Positions 59,472 to 64,000 of a stretch of 64,000 bases of DNA are shown piece by piece. The DNA is from Chiloscyllium plagiosum. Taxonomy: Eukaryota. Both the position numbers and the translations under genes were made by a program. Positions within the stretch are counted from its first letter, which is position 1; each line of letters begins with the position of its first letter. The stretch lies in contig NC_057753.1 of the NCBI RefSeq assembly GCF_004010195.1, positions 11,834,815 through 11,898,814 of the forward strand, in the 5' to 3' direction. The notes under the pieces are model-generated. The model was not told the origin of the DNA. It did not search any database and worked only from the letters and a program-made list of their open reading frames with translations.

Positions 59472-60401
59472 ATGAACAAACCGTGGAAATGTGGGGACTG
59501 TGGGAAGGGATTTTTGTCACCCTCTGCCCTGGCGATTCACCGACGCACTCACACCGGGGAGAGGACGTTCACCTGCTGCGTGTGCGGCAACGGATTCACT
59601 CACCGGTCCCACTTGGAGATCCACCAGCGGGTCCACACCAGGGAGAGGCCGTTCCGCTGCTCCGTGTGCGGCAAGGGCTACACTCAGTCGTCCCACCTGA
59701 TCACCCACCAGCAGGTCCACACCGGGGAGAGGCCGTTCCGCTGCTCTGAGTGCGGGAAGGGCTTCACTCAATCGTCCCACCTGATCACGCACCAGCGGGT
59801 GCACACTGGGGAGAGGCCGTTCTGCTGCTCCGAGTGCGGGAAGGGCTTCACTCAATCGTCCCACCTGATCACGCACCAGCGGGTGCACACCGGCGAGAGG
59901 CCGTTCTGCTGCTCGGAGTGCGGGAAGGCCTTCGCTCAGCCCTCTCAACTGCGGCTGCACCGGCGGGTGCACAGCAGGGAGAGGGCGTTCAACTGCTCCG
60001 AGTGCGGCAAGGGCTTCCGCGAGCTGGCCAGCCTGGAGAAGCACCGCCCGGTCCACTCCGGCGACCAGCGTTTCACCTGCCCCGCCTGCGGGTTTAAGTT
60101 CACCCGGCTCACCGACCTGGAGCAGCACCGGATGGCGCACACCGGGGAGAGGCCGTTTGCCTGCTCCTCCTGCGGCAAGGCCTTCACCCGCTCGACCAGC
60201 CTCCTGGCCCACCGCCGGGTCCACACCGGCGAGCGGCCCTTCGCCTGCCCGGTCTGCGGGAAGGGCTTTGCCGACCCGTCCACCCTCTGGAAGCACCGGC
60301 GCATCCACACGGGGGAGAGGCCGTTCACCTGCTCAGTGTGCGGGAAGGCCTTCACTCGCTCGTCTCACCTACGGCGACACCAGCAGCTTCACTCTGAGTA
60401 G
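59472..60401 (+). CDS. C2H2 zinc-finger protein F (11 fingers)
   Basis: gccATG start MNKPWKCGDCGKGF, 11 intact fingers, acceptor ccttttacag at 59159. Confidence 0.9.
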   Translation: MNKPWKCGDCGKGFLSPSALAIHRRTHTGERTFTCCVCGNGFTHRSHLEIHQRVHTRERPFRCSVCGKGYTQSSHLITHQQVHTGERPFRCSECGKGFTQSSHLITHQRVHTGERPFCCSECGKGFTQSSHLITHQRVHTGERPFCCSECGKAFAQPSQLRLHRRVHSRERAFNCSECGKGFRELASLEKHRPVHSGDQRFTCPACGFKFTRLTDLEQHRMAHTGERPFACSSCGKAFTRSTSLLAHRRVHTGERPFACPVCGKGFADPSTLWKHRRIHTGERPFTCSVCGKAFTRSSHLRRHQQLHSE

Positions 60402-60599
60402 AGGCCACTGAGCACGGAAACGGAATTTGTTGCTTTATCCAGCCTGAAGAAAGACCGTCAAGTCCCTACCTGGGAGAGCGACCGATTGTTCTACTCAGCA
60501 CAAGATGGGTTCAACTGAGTCATTCAACTTGCAATGATTTAGCTGCTCTGACAATGGTGTTTCTTGCAGTTATTTTTCTCAGCCGGTTCAGACATGTTA

Positions 60600-61340
60600 T
60601 GATTTGATATGTTTTAAGGTTGTCACGTGTACCGAGATACAGCGAAAAGTGTTGTTTTGTGTGCTATGCAGGCATATCGTGCCATACAAAGTGCATCAGG
60701 GTAGCAGGGCAGAATATACAATGTTACAGCTGCAGAGAAGTTGCGGGGGGAGAGAGAGAGAGAGAGAGGTTTGTTCAAAAGTCTGAAAACAATGAGGAAG
60801 AAACTGTCCCTGAGTATGTTAGTATGGAGAAAAAGCTGTCCCTGAGTATGTTAGTATGGAGAAGAAGCTGTTCCTGAATCTGTTAGTATGGGGAAGAAGC
60901 TGTTCCTGAATCTGTTTAGTACGGGGAAGGAGCTGTTCCTGAATCTGTTTAGTACGGGGAAGTTGTTGTTCCTGAATCTCTTAGTATGGAGAAGGAGTTG
61001 TTCCTGAATCTGTTAGCACGAGGAAGAAGCTGTTCCTGAGTATGTTGGTACAGGGAAGAGGCTGTTCTTGAATCTGTTGGTACTTGAATTTGTTAACACT
61101 GGGAACAAGCTGTTCCAGAATCTGTTTGTATATGTTTTCAAAGTTTTTCCAACTTCTGCCCGATGGAAGAGAGTATGAATGGGAATGGGAAGTATCTTTG
61201 ATTAGATTGGTTGCTTTCCCAAGGCAAAGGGAAGTATAGATGCAGTCAGTGGATGGAAGTCTGGTTTGTGTGACAGGCTGGACTGTGTTCACAACTCTCT
61301 GGAGTTTTTTGCAAGCTTGAGTAAAGCAGTTGCCATATGA
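60600..61340 (-). mobile_element. Rex1/Babar-type LINE 3' fragment with a ~30-bp minisatellite (about 60795-61135)
   Basis: Tandem ttagtatggggaagaagctgttcctgaatctg units, the reverse complement of the RFRNSFFP-coding motif also seen at 28047-28075. Confidence 0.72.
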
Positions 61341-61974
61341 CGCACCTCCGGACCTGGACCCAGATATCCTGGCCCAGAGGGAGGAACTTTACTGCTGTGT
61401 CACAAGAGCTCCCCAGGCGTTAATTGTAGATATTTTCCAACTAGCTTGTTGAGAGAAGTTAGTTCACACCTCCCTGTCTTAGAGATAGGAACGTACCACT
61501 GCTCCACTAGTGCCCTCTGGGAATTAATTGCATTGACTGAGATTAATAGTATTTCCCATTGGTTACTTGATCACATTGTGTGGAATGCAGTCAGGAGGTG
61601 CAGGTGGGAATTCCTTGCATTGGGATAACAAATGTTTTCAGAAAGGTTTATTGCAACAATGAAGTGTCGACAGTATTAGTCAGACCTATCAGTAATAGCA
61701 TAGTTTATGAATAGCTGTAAGCTTTATTCATAGTTGTAGGGTCAGACAGAACTCTGGTTTTGCTGAACATTAAAGGCACTTTTTGTCAAAGTTGTTCTAT
61801 CTCGTCACTTATCTTTTTATCTCATCATCTTGACAATTCACAAGCAATCCCAAAATAAAGGGAAAGCAGCATTTACACTAATATGAGAGGAGATTCAGGT
61901 GAGAATTGGCAAATAAAATGAAGCTACGACATTTAAACTCAAGGAAAATCAAATTCATGTAAGTGAAATAATCC

Positions 61975-62965
61975 TATAGAGTCATACAGCACGGAAACAG
62001 ATCCTTTAGCCCAACTAGCCCATGCCGACTGTAATCCCAAATGAAACTAGTCCCACCTGCCTGCGCTAGACTTCTATTCCTCCAAACATAAATTGCCCAT
62101 CGTGACTTTATAAAATCTGTCTCCTCTCACCTTAAAAATATCCCCCATGCTGGGAAAAGACACCTGCCATTCACCTTATCGATAATTCTAATGATTTTAT
62201 GAATTGCTATAAGGTTGGCCGCTCAGCCTCCCGCACTCTAGTGAAACACGTCCTAGCCTACACAGCCTCCCCTTATAACTCAAACCCTCCATTCATAGCA
62301 ACACCCTGGTAAATCTCTTCTGAATCCTCTCCAGCTTAATCATTTCTTTCCTGTCATAGGGAGACCAGATCTGGACACAGCAGCCCAGAAGAGGCCTCAC
62401 CAACATCCTGCATAACCTCAACATAACGTCCCAGCCGACACTCAAAAGGTCCGAGCAATGAAGGCAAGCGTGGTAAATGCCTTTGTAACCAACTTGTCTA
62501 AGTGACGCAAACTTCAGAGAATTATGTACCCGAATCCCTAGGTCTTTCTGTTCTACATTACCCAAAGTCAAGAGTGTGGTGCTGGAAAAGCACAGCATGT
62601 CAGGCAGCATCCAAGGAGCAGGAGAATTGACGTTTCGGGCATAAGCCCTTCATCAGGAATTATGTCAGAAACGTCGATGCTGCCTGACCTGCTGTGCTTT
62701 TCCAGCACCACACTCTCGACTCTGCTGTCCAGCATCTGCAGTTCTCACTTTCTCCTACATTACCCAAAGCCCTACTTTTAATTGTATAAGTCCTGCCCTC
62801 GTTTGCTTTACCAAAAAGCAATACCTTGCACTATTTATTAAACCCCACCTGCCACCCTTCCCCCCCCCCCCCCCCCCCCCCCCCCGAATTGATCAAGACT
62901 TCTTTGCAACCTTTGATAACCTTCACTGTCCACTGTACCAACAGTCTTGGTGTTACCTATGAATT
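61975..62965 (-). mobile_element. CR1 LINE 3' fragment containing a fold-back Penelope insertion
   Basis: QKDLGIRVHNSLKF..MLRLCRMLVRPLL..IKLERIQKRFTR. Confidence 0.85.
62568..62754. mobile_element. 187-bp fold-back Penelope pLTR element with hammerhead motif and 15-bp TSD
   Basis: ctacattacccaaag at 62553-62567 and 62755-62769; inverted arms; minus strand CTGATGA-A-GGGCTTATGCCC-GAAA-CGTC at 62625-62661. Confidence 0.82.
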
Positions 62966-63532
62966 TCCTAACCATGCCTTCTATATTAAGTTAAGGCATG
63001 GCAGGACAGCTTTATCACATGGAACACATGGATGAGAAGTTGTAGGTGTGTACTAGTGACCTCACTGTCTGTGGGAAATGTCACCCACATACAGAATCTC
63101 TGAGGTTCAGAGCCTGGACTGGAGGCTGGAGTCGCTGCGACACATCCGTTTTTGTTTTGGATCTTCAGCCTCTGCAGTTCTTGGTTTTATTATTATTCCT
63201 GACTGATTCTTGGTCATAAATGGAGTGATTCCCCTTCAAGTATATATGCTTCACCTCTCTGTTTTCACCCCCTGGTAAATCGATTAGAAAGATTTGACCT
63301 TAGACAGGATGAATTGCATTAGGAATACTTCATGAAGCAAGGTCAGATTGCCCAGCATTTCACCCCTGCGCAGGTCTGGCACTAATTCCAAGACGCACGG
63401 TCCACAACTCTCTCAATCCTGGGAAGACGCGGGGAAGGGGCTGGATTGATTTGGAGATGCTGATGTTGGACTAGGGTGTACAAAGTTTAAAAACCACACA
63501 ACAGGTTATAGTCCAAGAGGTTTATTTGGAAG

Positions 63533-63568
63533 CACTAGCTTTCAGAACGCTGCTCCTTCATCAGCTGG
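63533..63568 (-). ncRNA. Minimal hammerhead motif of the second Penelope-like family
   Basis: Minus strand CTGATGA-A-GGAGCAGCGTTCT-GAAA-GCTA-GTG. Stem II has wobble pairs and stem I is mismatched. Confidence 0.5.
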
Positions 63569-63767
63569 TCGTGGAGTGTAAGATCGTAAGACACAGAATT
63601 TATAGCAAAAGTTTACAGTGTGATGTAATTGTAATTATATACTGAAAAAGACCTGGATTGCTTGTTAAGTCTCTCATCCTTTAGAATGAACATGTTTGTT
63701 TCAGTTCTTTAATATGTAAATCGCAGAACCTTTTTAAAGTTACATTCTCAAGTGAACTTTTACAATT

Positions 63768-64000
63768 GGTGGTTCAGTGGTTAGCACTGCTGCCTCACAG
63801 CACCAGGGACCCAGGTTCAATTCCAGCCTTGGGTGAATGTCTGCGTGGAGTTTGCACGTTCTCCCCGTGTCGGCGTGGGTTTCCTCCAGGTGCTCTGGTT
63901 TCCTCCCAAAATCCAAAAGATGTGCAGGTCAGATAAATTGGCCATGGTGTTAGGTGCATTAGTTAGGGGTAAATGTGGGGAATGGGTCTGGGTGGGGTTA
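63768..64000 (+). mobile_element. HE1-type SINE (runs off the window)
   Basis: A/B boxes and V-domain. Confidence 0.88.

Overview
Eukaryotic, repeat-rich genomic DNA, almost certainly from an elasmobranch (shark or ray; inferred from abundant HE1-type V-SINEs and their partner CR1 LINEs). The core is a cluster of tandem C2H2 zinc-finger genes. Four have intact ATG-initiated ORFs (A 20034-21062 +, B 30004-30900 -, C 34310-35728 +, F 59472-60401 +). One intact array has no in-frame ATG (E 51020-51646 +), and there are two decayed minus-strand copies plus a finger-less relic. The genes sit around CpG-rich, apparently bidirectional promoters, and no KRAB/SCAN/BTB coding sequence is visible. The left end holds a deleted class I endogenous retrovirus on the minus strand (LTR 4245-4811, tRNA-Pro-like PBS, dead gag). 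Its gag runs directly into a >3 kb higher-order tandem array (103+103+106 = 312 bp) built from a segment of its own LTR U3. Other features: a solo LTR with TSD, Penelope-like elements whose pseudo-LTRs carry minimal hammerhead-ribozyme motifs (including short fold-back insertions with TSDs), HE1 SINEs with an internal 52-bp VNTR, Rex1/Babar and many CR1 fragments, and two assembly gaps. All calls were made by eye with no database searches, and repeat boundaries are approximate.
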